Shown: positions 8,368 to 16,878 of the stretch, one piece after another
How the letters are laid out: each line of letters begins with the position of its first letter
Numbering within the stretch: the first letter of the stretch is position 1
Assembly (NCBI RefSeq): GCF_018336915.1
Contig: NZ_CP064923.1
Location: 2,184,209 to 2,208,208, forward strand
Direction: 5' to 3'
Length of the DNA: 24,000 nt
From: Acaryochloris marina S15
Lineage (GTDB): Bacteria; Cyanobacteriota; Cyanobacteriia; Thermosynechococcales; Thermosynechococcaceae
Program-made: the position numbers and the translations under genes
Notes under the pieces: model-generated
What the model saw: the letters and a program-made list of their open reading frames with translations, nothing else
What the model was told of the DNA's origin: nothing
Databases searched by the model: none

Positions 8368-9240
8368 ATGGCTCAGGCAAAAATTGGCATTATTGGCGGT
8401 AGTGGCCTTTATAAAATGGAGGCTCTGACAGATGTAGAAGAAGTTCAAGTCAAGACTCCTTTTGGTGATCCTTCAGATGCGCTCATTGTGGGCACCTTAG
8501 AGGGAACACGAGTTGCTTTCCTAGCCCGCCATGGCCGGAATCATCATCTTATCCCGAGTGAATTACCCTTCCGGGCCAATATCTATGCCATGAAATCTTT
8601 GGGTGTTGAGTATTTGATCTCCGCTTCGGCAGTTGGCTCCCTCAAGGAAGAAGCGAAACCTTTGGATATGGTGGTGCCGGACCAGTTTATCGATCGAACA
8701 AAGAATCGCGTCTCCACCTTCTTTGGTAATGGCATTGTGGCCCATATTGGTTTTGGTGACCCTATTTGTGGGGCTTTGGCTGGGGTAGTGGGAGATGCGA
8801 TCGCATCTCTGAATCTCCCAGACGTAACCCTTCATCGCCAGGGCACCTACGTGTGCATGGAAGGTCCTGCCTTTTCCACCAAAGCAGAATCGAACCTATA
8901 TCGCAGCTGGGGTGGCACCGTCATTGGCATGACCAATTTGCCTGAAGCTAAACTGGCACGGGAAGCAGAAATGGCCTATGCCACCCTCGCCCTAGTCACC
9001 GACTATGATTGCTGGCACCCAGAACATAACAGCGTCACGGTAGAAATGATTATTGGCAACCTCCACAAGAATGCGAGTAATGCCCAAAGCGTGATTAAAG
9101 AAACCGTTAAACGCCTGAGTCAGTCGCCCCCTGCTTCCAAGGCTCATAATGCTCTAAAGCACGCGATCTTTACCCCCTTGGATCAGGCTCCAGCAACTAC
9201 CAAAGAACAACTCTCCTTAATTTTACAAAAGTATCTTTAG
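8368..9240 (+). CDS. mtnP: S-methyl-5'-thioadenosine phosphorylase
   Basis: Close to the MTAP pattern: [71 protein letters not shown] prefer the ATG at 8368 to the TTG at 8308. Confidence 0.9.
   Translation: MAQAKIGIIGGSGLYKMEALTDVEEVQVKTPFGDPSDALIVGTLEGTRVAFLARHGRNHHLIPSELPFRANIYAMKSLGVEYLISASAVGSLKEEAKPLDMVVPDQFIDRTKNRVSTFFGNGIVAHIGFGDPICGALAGVVGDAIASLNLPDVTLHRQGTYVCMEGPAFSTKAESNLYRSWGGTVIGMTNLPEAKLAREAEMAYATLALVTDYDCWHPEHNSVTVEMIIGNLHKNASNAQSVIKETVKRLSQSPPASKAHNALKHAIFTPLDQAPATTKEQLSLILQKYL
8792..8809. repeat. HIP1 extended to an 18-nt perfect palindrome GAGATGCGATCGCATCTC (inside mtnP)
   Basis: Exact palindrome read directly from the sequence. The HIP1 core is at 8797-8804. Confidence 0.9.
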
Positions 9241-9243
9241 GCC

Positions 9244-9513
9244 ATGCCCTGGTATATCAAAATTGAACGCGGCATTGTGGATAAAACCACATTTGATCGC
9301 CATGTGCCCGCCCATCTGGCCTATGTTAAAACCTTGAAGAGCCACCAGGCGAAAACGGGCTATTGGCGAGAGAGTGCAGGAGGCATGCTGATCTTTGAGG
9401 CCCAGTCCTACGAAGAAGCTCAAGACATCGTAGAGCAAGACCCCCTGATCTTGAACCATTGTGTTGAATACGAATTACATGAATGGGTACAAGTTGGAGG
9501 GCAGCCTTTATAG
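9244..9513 (+). CDS. YciI-like (YCII-related) small protein
   Basis: 89 aa with the YciI-type pattern H..HL.Y...L......G........GGM.IFEA.S.EEA..IV..DP. The ATG lies 3 nt after the mtnP stop. Confidence 0.75.
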   Translation: MPWYIKIERGIVDKTTFDRHVPAHLAYVKTLKSHQAKTGYWRESAGGMLIFEAQSYEEAQDIVEQDPLILNHCVEYELHEWVQVGGQPL

Positions 9514-9550
9514 CTCGAGTCTAGCTGCCAATGGAGGAGATACTCCAGCT

Positions 9551-10084
9551 CTATTTCTTCGGAGATAGGTACATAATCATATTTCGTCCTTCACGCTTGG
9601 GCGCTTGCTGGATTTCTGCAAAATCGAGCAAATCATTCGCCATCTTCTTTAACAGCGCTTCGGCTAAATGGGAATGTTGAATTTCCCGGCCTCTAAATGT
9701 GACGGTTGCCTTCACCTTATCGCCAGATTTTAGAAAGCGCTTGGCGTGGTTTACCCGCACTTCGTAGTCATGGGTTTGAATCTTGTAGCGCATTTTCACT
9801 TCTTTGACGTCAGAAGTATGCTGCTTTTTCTTTGCTTCCCGGGCTTTTTTCTCTTGTTCAAATTTGAACTTACCGTAGTCCATGACCCGGCAAACTGGTG
9901 GATCGGCCTTATCACTCACTAGCACCAAATCCAGATCCCGCTCATCGGCGATTTCCATGGCTTCGCTGGGCGCCATAATGCCGAGCTGGGTTCCATCTGC
10001 ATCAACTACGCGAATTTCGGGAAAACGAATACGTTCGTTAATATTAGGCTGGTTTTGTTGATTTCTTTTTTTTATTGGAGCCAC
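9551..10084 (-). CDS. infC: Translation initiation factor IF-3
   Basis: [83 protein letters not shown]. No ATG is available; the first possible start is GTG at 10084-10082, with an ATA codon three codons later. Confidence 0.95.
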   Translation of the reverse strand: MAPIKKRNQQNQPNINERIRFPEIRVVDADGTQLGIMAPSEAMEIADERDLDLVLVSDKADPPVCRVMDYGKFKFEQEKKAREAKKKQHTSDVKEVKMRYKIQTHDYEVRVNHAKRFLKSGDKVKATVTFRGREIQHSHLAEALLKKMANDLLDFAEIQQAPKREGRNMIMYLSPKK

Positions 10085-10358
10085 AGGCGTTTAATTTACT
10101 ATTAATTAAGATAGCGAAAGAAATAAGGGAAAACGATTACCCCTTTCAAACTAACAGATCCAGATTAGAATCAGCATTCTCTTAACACATCCGTCACATC
10201 TACTCTGAAAACAGCTGTTCCTTGAGGAGATCCTTCAATTATAGATGGAGCAACTTGTTAGAGAATCGCCGACAGCTCTAGGCCCTGAACGGTTAGTCAC
10301 CTCAAGATACTCTGAGATCTCAGCAGGTTTATCACCCTGCCTCGCCCCTTCACGGAAT

Positions 10359-10389
10359 AGGGTAAATCGAAGCTTATCCCTGCTTTTTT
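10359..10389 (+). terminator. Orphan terminator-like hairpin plus T6 in the infC/M48 intergenic region
   Basis: AGGGTAA (10359-10365) pairs with TTA(t)CCCT (10374-10381) with one bulge and an 8-nt loop. GC then TTTTTT (10384-10389) follows. No plus-strand gene lies upstream of it. Confidence 0.3.
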
Positions 10390-10482
10390 CCCAGTGTTAA
10401 GACGATAAAAAATTAACCCTTTTCTCTACTCTAAAAAACAAATGTCACAATGAAGTCAGGCCACACCGCAAACTAAAACAAA

Positions 10483-11343
10483 ATGCCGATGTCAAAAATT
10501 CCCTTATTGGGGTTGCAGGCTGCCCAGTTCCGACATCCTATTGATTTGGAAGCAACCCAAACCCTTCAGCAGCTTCCTGGGTTAGATTGGCTTGTACGAA
10601 GCCTGCTAGGAAGCGTAGCCGAACAAGTCTTCTATCTAGAAAATATTGGATCTAGCGTTTTAGTCAGCGAACGACAACTTCCTGACCTTCACCACCTGCT
10701 TGTTGAAGCCTGCCATATTCTTGACTTGGAACAGCCTCAGCTGTACGTTCGCCAGAATCCTACTCCGAACGCATATACCTTAGCTATGCGGGGACAGCAA
10801 CCTTTTATTGTGGTGCATACGTCACTGCTAGAATTACTCGATCCCCCTGAGATACAGGCTGTATTAGCCCATGAGCTGGGGCATCTGAAATGCGAGCATG
10901 GCGTGTATCTCACCATTGCTAACTTGCTCGTGCTGGCGGCTGGTCAGTTGTCTCCCTTTGGTGGCTTAATGGCCCAAAACTTGCAACGGCAGTTGATGGC
11001 TTGGGTCCGCTGTGCAGAATTCACTTGCGATCGTGCGGGGTTACTCGTCACCCAAAATGCCAATGTTATGGCATCAGTCCTGATGAAATTAGCAGGGGGA
11101 TCATCTACCCTCGCCTCTCAGCTGAATGTAGACGCCTTTATTGACCAAGCACGAGCCTATGATCGCATCGATCATGATTTAGGTAACCTGCTCAAGTCAG
11201 TTCGCACTGCTGAGCTGACTCATCCTCTGCCTGTGCTTCGAGCCCGAGAAATTGATCGATGGTCAGATAGTCCGATGTATCAATCCCTATTGCAAACCTA
11301 TGCAGCTAATACAGACCACCCTCTAGCCTGGAAAGATTGGTGA
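10483..11343 (+). CDS. M48-family zinc metallopeptidase
   Basis: The HExxH motif sits in LAHELGHLKCEH, with a downstream third-ligand region CAEFTCDRAG. Overall length and layout match soluble M48 (HtpX/Ste24-like) peptidases. Confidence 0.85.
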   Translation: MPMSKIPLLGLQAAQFRHPIDLEATQTLQQLPGLDWLVRSLLGSVAEQVFYLENIGSSVLVSERQLPDLHHLLVEACHILDLEQPQLYVRQNPTPNAYTLAMRGQQPFIVVHTSLLELLDPPEIQAVLAHELGHLKCEHGVYLTIANLLVLAAGQLSPFGGLMAQNLQRQLMAWVRCAEFTCDRAGLLVTQNANVMASVLMKLAGGSSTLASQLNVDAFIDQARAYDRIDHDLGNLLKSVRTAELTHPLPVLRAREIDRWSDSPMYQSLLQTYAANTDHPLAWKDW

Positions 11344-11442
11344 TCTAAAAAAAGAGCAGGCTGGCAATCTGCACATCCTACTCTTTTAAAATCCATCTAA
11401 AATACGTGAATTAGAAAACCATGCTGAGGAGTCTATTCAGTA

Positions 11443-12129
11443 CTATATGGCGTTACTGATACTGAAGTGATCAAACCAACAGCGCTGTCCTTGCCAAATC
11501 ACACGGCCGGTGATGATGGCCCATCCGTTCTCAAAATCAGCTTGAGCCACAAATTGCCAGACCGAATCTCCTCGGTTATCCAAGCCAAAATATTTGATGC
11601 CTTGATAAGCTGTCATCTGGCCACATCGACCCAGTAGCTCAGCAAAGCTCTGATCTAAGCTGTCCTTCTGGGTAGATTTCAATAGCGTAGGAGTACATTG
11701 ACGAGAGAATTCTCGACTATCCCAGTTCCCAATAATTTTGGGAATTGAATCATTCACATAGGTTAATGACTCGCTATACTGCCAAGCTTTTTTCCAAGGC
11801 TTGGGCATAAATCCTCTTAAAAAAGTAGGAATACGCTGATAAGCCTGAGATTCATCTTGAATGTCTGCTTTTAGTGCTAGATACTCAGAGTTTTTATGCC
11901 AAGAACGGGCTTCGGCAGGCTGAGGCTGCCTGATTTCCATCAAAGCTTGTAAATCACTGAGTTCTCGAACCTCAGTAGTGAGGCGTTGCGGTTGGGAAGA
12001 GTGTTGTTGAAAAGTAGAGATAGATTCTCTATTCGGTAAAATCAGGACCACCAAGAAGGCATAGAGAATTGCTACGGTGGCAATAATACCTAATAGCAAT
12101 CCAGCTAGAACCATTAAAATTGCTTCCAT
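11443..12129 (-). CDS. Hypothetical membrane-anchored protein (228 aa)
   Basis: An N-terminal hydrophobic helix (ILMVLAGLLLGIIATVAILYAFLVVLIL) is followed by a Gln/Pro-rich linker and a Trp-rich C-terminal domain. No family recognised. Confidence 0.6.
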   Translation of the reverse strand: MEAILMVLAGLLLGIIATVAILYAFLVVLILPNRESISTFQQHSSQPQRLTTEVRELSDLQALMEIRQPQPAEARSWHKNSEYLALKADIQDESQAYQRIPTFLRGFMPKPWKKAWQYSESLTYVNDSIPKIIGNWDSREFSRQCTPTLLKSTQKDSLDQSFAELLGRCGQMTAYQGIKYFGLDNRGDSVWQFVAQADFENGWAIITGRVIWQGQRCWFDHFSISNAI

Positions 12130-12278
12130 CTGTTAAGGCTTCTAATGTACGGGAATTTAGATGCATTCATGACATCCCCGAAACTGGGGTCCCCCCATGT
12201 TCTTAGGATGCCCAACCGATTGGAGTAATCCGACGTCTGTGATACCAAAACAATGTTTTAAGCGAATTGAGGCCTGAT

Positions 12279-13736
12279 TTATTCAAAACTGGCAATCATA
12301 ATACTCCCTTGTCGTCCAGGCAGCTCTAATGTAGTGGTTGAATTTACTTCTGAGACTTTAGGCGTTCCGTAGATACAGTCCAGTTTTGAAATAGATTGGG
12401 GTAACGGGCTGAGGTCGACGGTGATCGAACTAGACTCAGTACTAGTATTGATAGCTACAATCAGCACTTCTTCTGCCAAAGAACGGCTAAAGACATAGGT
12501 CTCATCCGTAGCCAGTAAAACTTGGTATTGGCCAGTTCTGAGAGCAGCATGTTGGTGCCGGATTTGAATCAGCTGTTTGTGCATGGCTTGTAATGGGAGA
12601 TGCCAATCGGCCTCTTCAGGAAAACTGCGACGGCAATCAGGATCGATTCCGCCTGGGAGCCCCACTTCATCCCCGTAATAGATGCAAGGAGCACCGGGAA
12701 AGGTTAGCAACAGGAGTGTTGCCAGTTCTATGGTGCTGTAGTCCAAATGCACCATCGACAGCAGTCGAGCCGTATCATGGCTGGACAGTAAGTTAAGTTG
12801 GGTCAGTTGAATGTCCCAGGGATACCAGGTCAGTAAGTCCTGAATTCGTTGCTGATATTCTGATGCCTCCAGGGCGGGATAAGGCGCATAGGTCGGTTGA
12901 GTTGTATAGTCTATATCCACTCGATCGCCTGCGGCAAAAGCGATAGTGGCCTGCCGAAACTGGTAGTTCATCACCCCATCAAATTGGTCACCTTGTAGCC
13001 AGGGCTGGGCATTATCCCAGATCTCGCCCACAATATAGGCTTCTGGGTTGATACCTTTGACGCGATCGCGAAATTCTTGCCAAAATTCAGGGACTTGAAT
13101 TTCATTGGGCACATCTAAGCGCCACCCATCAACGCCTTGTTTTATCCAGTACTCCGCAATTTGCATAATGTACTCACGCACATCGGGGTGGTCATGGTTG
13201 AACTGGGGCAAGGCTCGATTGCCACTCCAACCCACATAATTAGCAGGCTTGCTACCTTGATATGCTGCAACAGGCCAGCCCTCAATTCGAAACCAGTCCA
13301 CCCAAGGTGAGTGAGGGCCATTTTCTAAGATGTCGTTAAAAAAGAAAAATCCTCGGCTGGCATGATTAAAGACACCATCCAGTACCACCTTAATTTGGTG
13401 TTCGTGGGCTGCTGTTAACAAAGCAGTAAGTGCTTCATTCCCGCCTAAAATGGGGTCTACTTGGTAATAATCATGGGTGTGATACCGATGATTACACGCC
13501 GATTGAAAAATGGGTGTTAGATAGAGCGCTGTGATGCCTAAATCAGCTAAATAATCGAGACGATCAATAATCCCCCACAAATTTCCCCCTTTATATCCTT
13601 GGACGGTAGGCGGTGCGTGCCAAGACTCCCAATTTACTTGGGACGGAATAGAGGAATGTGGGCGGAAAGCGAAACGATCAGGGAAAATCTGATAAAAGAC
13701 AGCATTTTTAACCCAATCAGGCGTATAAATCTGCAT
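12279..13736 (-). CDS. Glycoside hydrolase family 13 (alpha-amylase superfamily) enzyme
   Basis: The four GH13 regions are present: DGVFNHAS, GVDGWRLDVPNEI, YIVGEIWD, LLSSHDTAR. I prefer the ATG at 13736 (MQIYTPDWVK...); the track start is a TTG at 13745. Confidence 0.9.
   Translation of the reverse strand: MQIYTPDWVKNAVFYQIFPDRFAFRPHSSIPSQVNWESWHAPPTVQGYKGGNLWGIIDRLDYLADLGITALYLTPIFQSACNHRYHTHDYYQVDPILGGNEALTALLTAAHEHQIKVVLDGVFNHASRGFFFFNDILENGPHSPWVDWFRIEGWPVAAYQGSKPANYVGWSGNRALPQFNHDHPDVREYIMQIAEYWIKQGVDGWRLDVPNEIQVPEFWQEFRDRVKGINPEAYIVGEIWDNAQPWLQGDQFDGVMNYQFRQATIAFAAGDRVDIDYTTQPTYAPYPALEASEYQQRIQDLLTWYPWDIQLTQLNLLSSHDTARLLSMVHLDYSTIELATLLLLTFPGAPCIYYGDEVGLPGGIDPDCRRSFPEEADWHLPLQAMHKQLIQIRHQHAALRTGQYQVLLATDETYVFSRSLAEEVLIVAINTSTESSSITVDLSPLPQSISKLDCIYGTPKVSEVNSTTTLELPGRQGSIMIASFE
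13062..13069. repeat. HIP1 octamer GCGATCGC (inside the GH13 gene)
   Basis: Exact match within CGCGATCGCG. Confidence 0.9.
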
Positions 13737-14166
13737 TATCACCAACTAAGCAACAGAGTAATGGCAATGGTATAACAACTAGCTGAAGAATTAGCTATCC
13801 CTTCATTAGCTGTAGCAATGAGGTTAAACCGAGAACCTGTACGATTCTATATCTGAAGTTACTTATCCATATAGAGGTTGTCTAAGTTAGTATTGATTTA
13901 AATCTCCTTGGGCTATCCTTAATCTCCTCATTTTTTGAGGATATATTGATTAGATTTTTGCATTTTCCCTCCATTAATCATGGCGGTTTCAGGAATGCAG
14001 ACTGTATTCATTGTCTATACCAATGGAAGACAGGACAGCTGACTATCCAGTTTTTCTTTTTTTCTAAGACTCTCTTTTCGCCTGCTATGTAAAATTATTA
14101 GCAGTGCAGGTTTTCGATGTTGATGCTTATTTCTCTTGGATGCCATTGGCTCCAACCTAATGACAC

Positions 14167-14352
14167 ATGAAAGATGACGTCGTCGAGGCTGCCCATGAAC
14201 GTCAGCGCCTCTCGGTTCTACACAAACAACTGATTATCAGCTTAAAATTTCATCACAGCCAAACCTTGGAACAAATTCCTGTGGAAATGGCAGTTCAAGC
14301 CATGATTGAAGTATGGCAAGCCTGCAATCCATCTCAATTACCTAAAAATTAG
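14167..14352 (+). CDS. Hypothetical 61-aa ORF in a long gene-poor gap (weak)
   Basis: This is the only ORF over 60 aa in the 875-bp gap. It has an ATG start, no clear SD and no recognisable family. Confidence 0.2.
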   Translation: MKDDVVEAAHERQRLSVLHKQLIISLKFHHSQTLEQIPVEMAVQAMIEVWQACNPSQLPKN

Positions 14353-14620
14353 TGGTCAGCACTTTGACCCTATGACTGGAACGGTTTTATCCAGCGCCTA
14401 GTCATATCCTGATAGATCGTTTGATCGAATGAGTGAGTCTTGCTGTATAGATGTCTGCAATTCATGGTGCAACATGTCATAAATCTGGCTGCCAGTAGAT
14501 GGAGGCAGCTAGTAGGATGCACGAGAGTTTCAGTCGGGGTGTCTCGCCTAGCAGATTGAGGTAGGTATATCTAGGCTCTAACAGATTTAGGCTACGGAAC
14601 TTCAATCTGTTGTGCCCAAC

Positions 14621-15883
14621 TTAGCTTTGAGATTTGGGAGGGACTTTTGCTGTTTGCATCGCTTTAATTAATTCTGCCAGAGAGACTTTGAGCTGAATGC
14701 CAGAATCAAATGCGACCATGCGCTTATTTTGGCGCTTTAACGTCTCGAAGTGCAGGTGAGGGCCAGTGGAATTTCCGGTACTCCCCACTAATCCAATGAT
14801 GGTTCCTTGAGAAATCCATTGACCGGGCTGGACATAAATCTTGGATAGGTGAGCATAACGGGTCGCCAGTTGCCCATCTTGGTGTTGCAGTAGAATTGCT
14901 AAGCCATAGCCACCCATAAAACCTGTGGTTTGGACTTGACCAGGAAACGTCGCTAGAACAGGTGTGCCTGTTGGTGCTGCCAAGTCAGTGCCAGCATGGA
15001 AACTAGTTTGGCCTGAGATCGGGTGAGTCCGCCAACCAAAGGCTGAAGTGATGGAGGCGGGCATGGGCAACGGAAAGATCATCTGTTGCCGATTTGGAAC
15101 GAGCCACTTTAGGGGGTTGGGAGAGGAAGACAGCCGTTTAATCGAGGGAGAGGTTTTTGCTAAAGGACTCAAAGAGACCGGAGCACCTTTAACCCAGGGA
15201 GTTGGGGCAGTCTTGGGGATATAGGACGGAGAATAGCCTGTCCACTTGGGGGCAGGCTGTTGTGGTGGTTGATAAGAATAGGTCGAATAGGTTGGAGCTG
15301 AAGCAACAGGAGTATATTGACGAATCGGGATTGTGGGTTTCTGGGCTGTTTGAATCGCAGGGCCACACAGGGTTGCTGCGAGGACTGGATCAATGTTGAG
15401 GCTTGCTTTACAACCCGAAATGCTACCCGATAGAACGGTCTTATGCGAGGTCGGGGTCGATGTGGTCTCTACCGGCACCGGGGCATGGGTGATGGAATAA
15501 GTGCTGGAATCTGTATTTGTGGGGGCGATGGCAGGACGGTCAGCTACCTGCGGCATGACTTGTGGTGATATGGCTGGAGCTGTTGGAGCAGCCTGGACAG
15601 GTGTTTCAGGTAAGGCAATGGGCTCAGGGATAGATGGTACAGGTGGTGCGACAGGCGCTGGTTCCCAAGCAGGTTCAGGTGGATCGATAAATGTGTCGAC
15701 GGGTGGTGCTGCAGGAGAGATGGGGGCTGTTTCTGTGATGGCCGGACTCTCAAGATCAATCGCTTGGGCTCGCTGATTTAGAGACAGAACTCCCAAGCCA
15801 AGGGGAAGGCTTAGCCAGCTACCCAGGCACAACAGAGATGTTGACCGAAGGTGAGTTCGGAGCGAGAGTGAGCGATGCATCAT
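14621..15883 (-). CDS. M23-family (LytM-type) peptidoglycan endopeptidase with signal peptide and long Pro-rich linker
   Basis: The C-terminal domain has HAGTDLAAPTGTPV (HxxxD) and GSTGNSTGPHLHFE (HxH). The N-terminus has a hydrophobic signal, then ~200 aa rich in P/A/T/S. Confidence 0.9.
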   Translation of the reverse strand: MMHRSLSLRTHLRSTSLLCLGSWLSLPLGLGVLSLNQRAQAIDLESPAITETAPISPAAPPVDTFIDPPEPAWEPAPVAPPVPSIPEPIALPETPVQAAPTAPAISPQVMPQVADRPAIAPTNTDSSTYSITHAPVPVETTSTPTSHKTVLSGSISGCKASLNIDPVLAATLCGPAIQTAQKPTIPIRQYTPVASAPTYSTYSYQPPQQPAPKWTGYSPSYIPKTAPTPWVKGAPVSLSPLAKTSPSIKRLSSSPNPLKWLVPNRQQMIFPLPMPASITSAFGWRTHPISGQTSFHAGTDLAAPTGTPVLATFPGQVQTTGFMGGYGLAILLQHQDGQLATRYAHLSKIYVQPGQWISQGTIIGLVGSTGNSTGPHLHFETLKRQNKRMVAFDSGIQLKVSLAELIKAMQTAKVPPKSQS

Positions 15884-15960
15884 ACCAATTCGATCCTTAG
15901 AGGTGATTCAGTTTTTTGTCGGTAATCAATGGAAAACACATCAGTAAAGCAAAGAGAGAC

Positions 15961-15977
15961 AAGGTTAAGTTAACCTT
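15961..15977. promoter_or_regulatory. 17-nt palindrome AAGGTTAA-G-TTAACCTT upstream of the M23 peptidase gene
   Basis: Perfect 8-nt arms around one central nucleotide, 78-94 nt upstream of the M23 start codon (15883) and downstream of the birA stop. Confidence 0.25.
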
Positions 15978-16098
15978 CAAGACTTAGCAAAGCATACCTA
16001 CTAAGGAAGAATCAACCTAGCCACTTATTTCCTAATGGTAGATAAATTTTTAAGGAAACGACTTTCTTCCTTTTACTATACCTAGAGTATTGATGCCT

Positions 16099-16794
16099 TC
16101 ATAACCCTAGACGTTTTGCTAAATCTTGGCGGATGGGTTGACTGGCTTTGGGATAAATTTTAATTAGATCTAAATAATCTGGCAGTAATTTATGGATGCC
16201 TTGGGTTTGCCAAAAAAGATAGCCATTTTCTAGACCTAATAAGGTGAGGGCGGTTAATTCTTCTAGGGAATGAATCGGAGATCTATTTTGTGCAGGTAAC
16301 TGTTCAGCAATGGTTGCTAGGTTGATGGCTTGATCTGGGACTGGATTTTGCCAATTCAGGCCAATGCCGAGCACTGCTGTTTGAACCTGTTGATCTTGAA
16401 GGCTGGTTTCGATTAGGATACCCCCAAACTTTTTCCCCAGCACTAGCAGGTCATTGGGCCACTTGAGCCACACTGGGATGTGATGCTGTCGCAGCAGGGT
16501 AGCCAGTCCCCAAATGGTGGCCACGGTGATTTGGACGGTTTGATCGGCGGGGATACGAGGTGCGATCGCAACCGACAGATACAGTCCCCCCAGAGAAGAG
16601 TCCCAAGTCCGTCCTCGCTGGCCCCGACCGGCTTGCTGCTGGGCTGCAACGATGGCCGTTCCAGGTGTTGCCCCCTGTTTAATCATTTCCCAGAGCTTTG
16701 TATTGGTGGAGTCAAGGATCTCAAAGTGATGGAGAGGCCGCCCCCAGGCTTGGGTCGTTAGATGAGTCTGAAAGGCTTGTTGGTCAAATCCCAC
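16099..16794 (-). CDS. birA: Biotin--[acetyl-CoA-carboxylase] ligase, class I (no N-terminal HTH)
   Basis: Contains GRGQRGRTW (the GRGRxGRxW biotin/ATP loop) and LKWPNDLLV. The start is GTG. At 231 aa there is no DNA-binding domain. Confidence 0.9.
   Translation of the reverse strand: MGFDQQAFQTHLTTQAWGRPLHHFEILDSTNTKLWEMIKQGATPGTAIVAAQQQAGRGQRGRTWDSSLGGLYLSVAIAPRIPADQTVQITVATIWGLATLLRQHHIPVWLKWPNDLLVLGKKFGGILIETSLQDQQVQTAVLGIGLNWQNPVPDQAINLATIAEQLPAQNRSPIHSLEELTALTLLGLENGYLFWQTQGIHKLLPDYLDLIKIYPKASQPIRQDLAKRLGL
16562..16569. repeat. HIP1 octamer GCGATCGC (inside birA)
   Basis: Exact match. Confidence 0.9.
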
Positions 16795-16878
16795 AGTCCG
16801 GTGGCTAGGCCCGTTAAAACTGGAATAGGCGCGCTAGCATAGGTAAGCCTAGCATTGTTTAAGGTCTATTCTGCCCCC

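Noticed and set aside
9523-9550. Hairpin TGGAG/CTCCA with outer AGC/GCT between convergent yciI-like and infC
   Set aside because: It has only 5+3 bp with an asymmetric internal loop and no U-tract on either strand, so it is too weak to call a bidirectional terminator.
13848-13863. NtcA-like site TGTA-N8-TATC upstream of the GH13 gene
   Set aside because: The right half deviates from TACA, no properly spaced -10 box is evident on either strand, and a single near-match is expected by chance.
15501-15776. Gly-rich 91-aa plus-strand ORF (and other ORFs at 15169-15759) inside the M23 peptidase gene
   Set aside because: It is the mirror image of the Pro/Ala-rich linker coding region on the opposite strand (CCN codons read as GGN). 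This is a low-complexity artefact.
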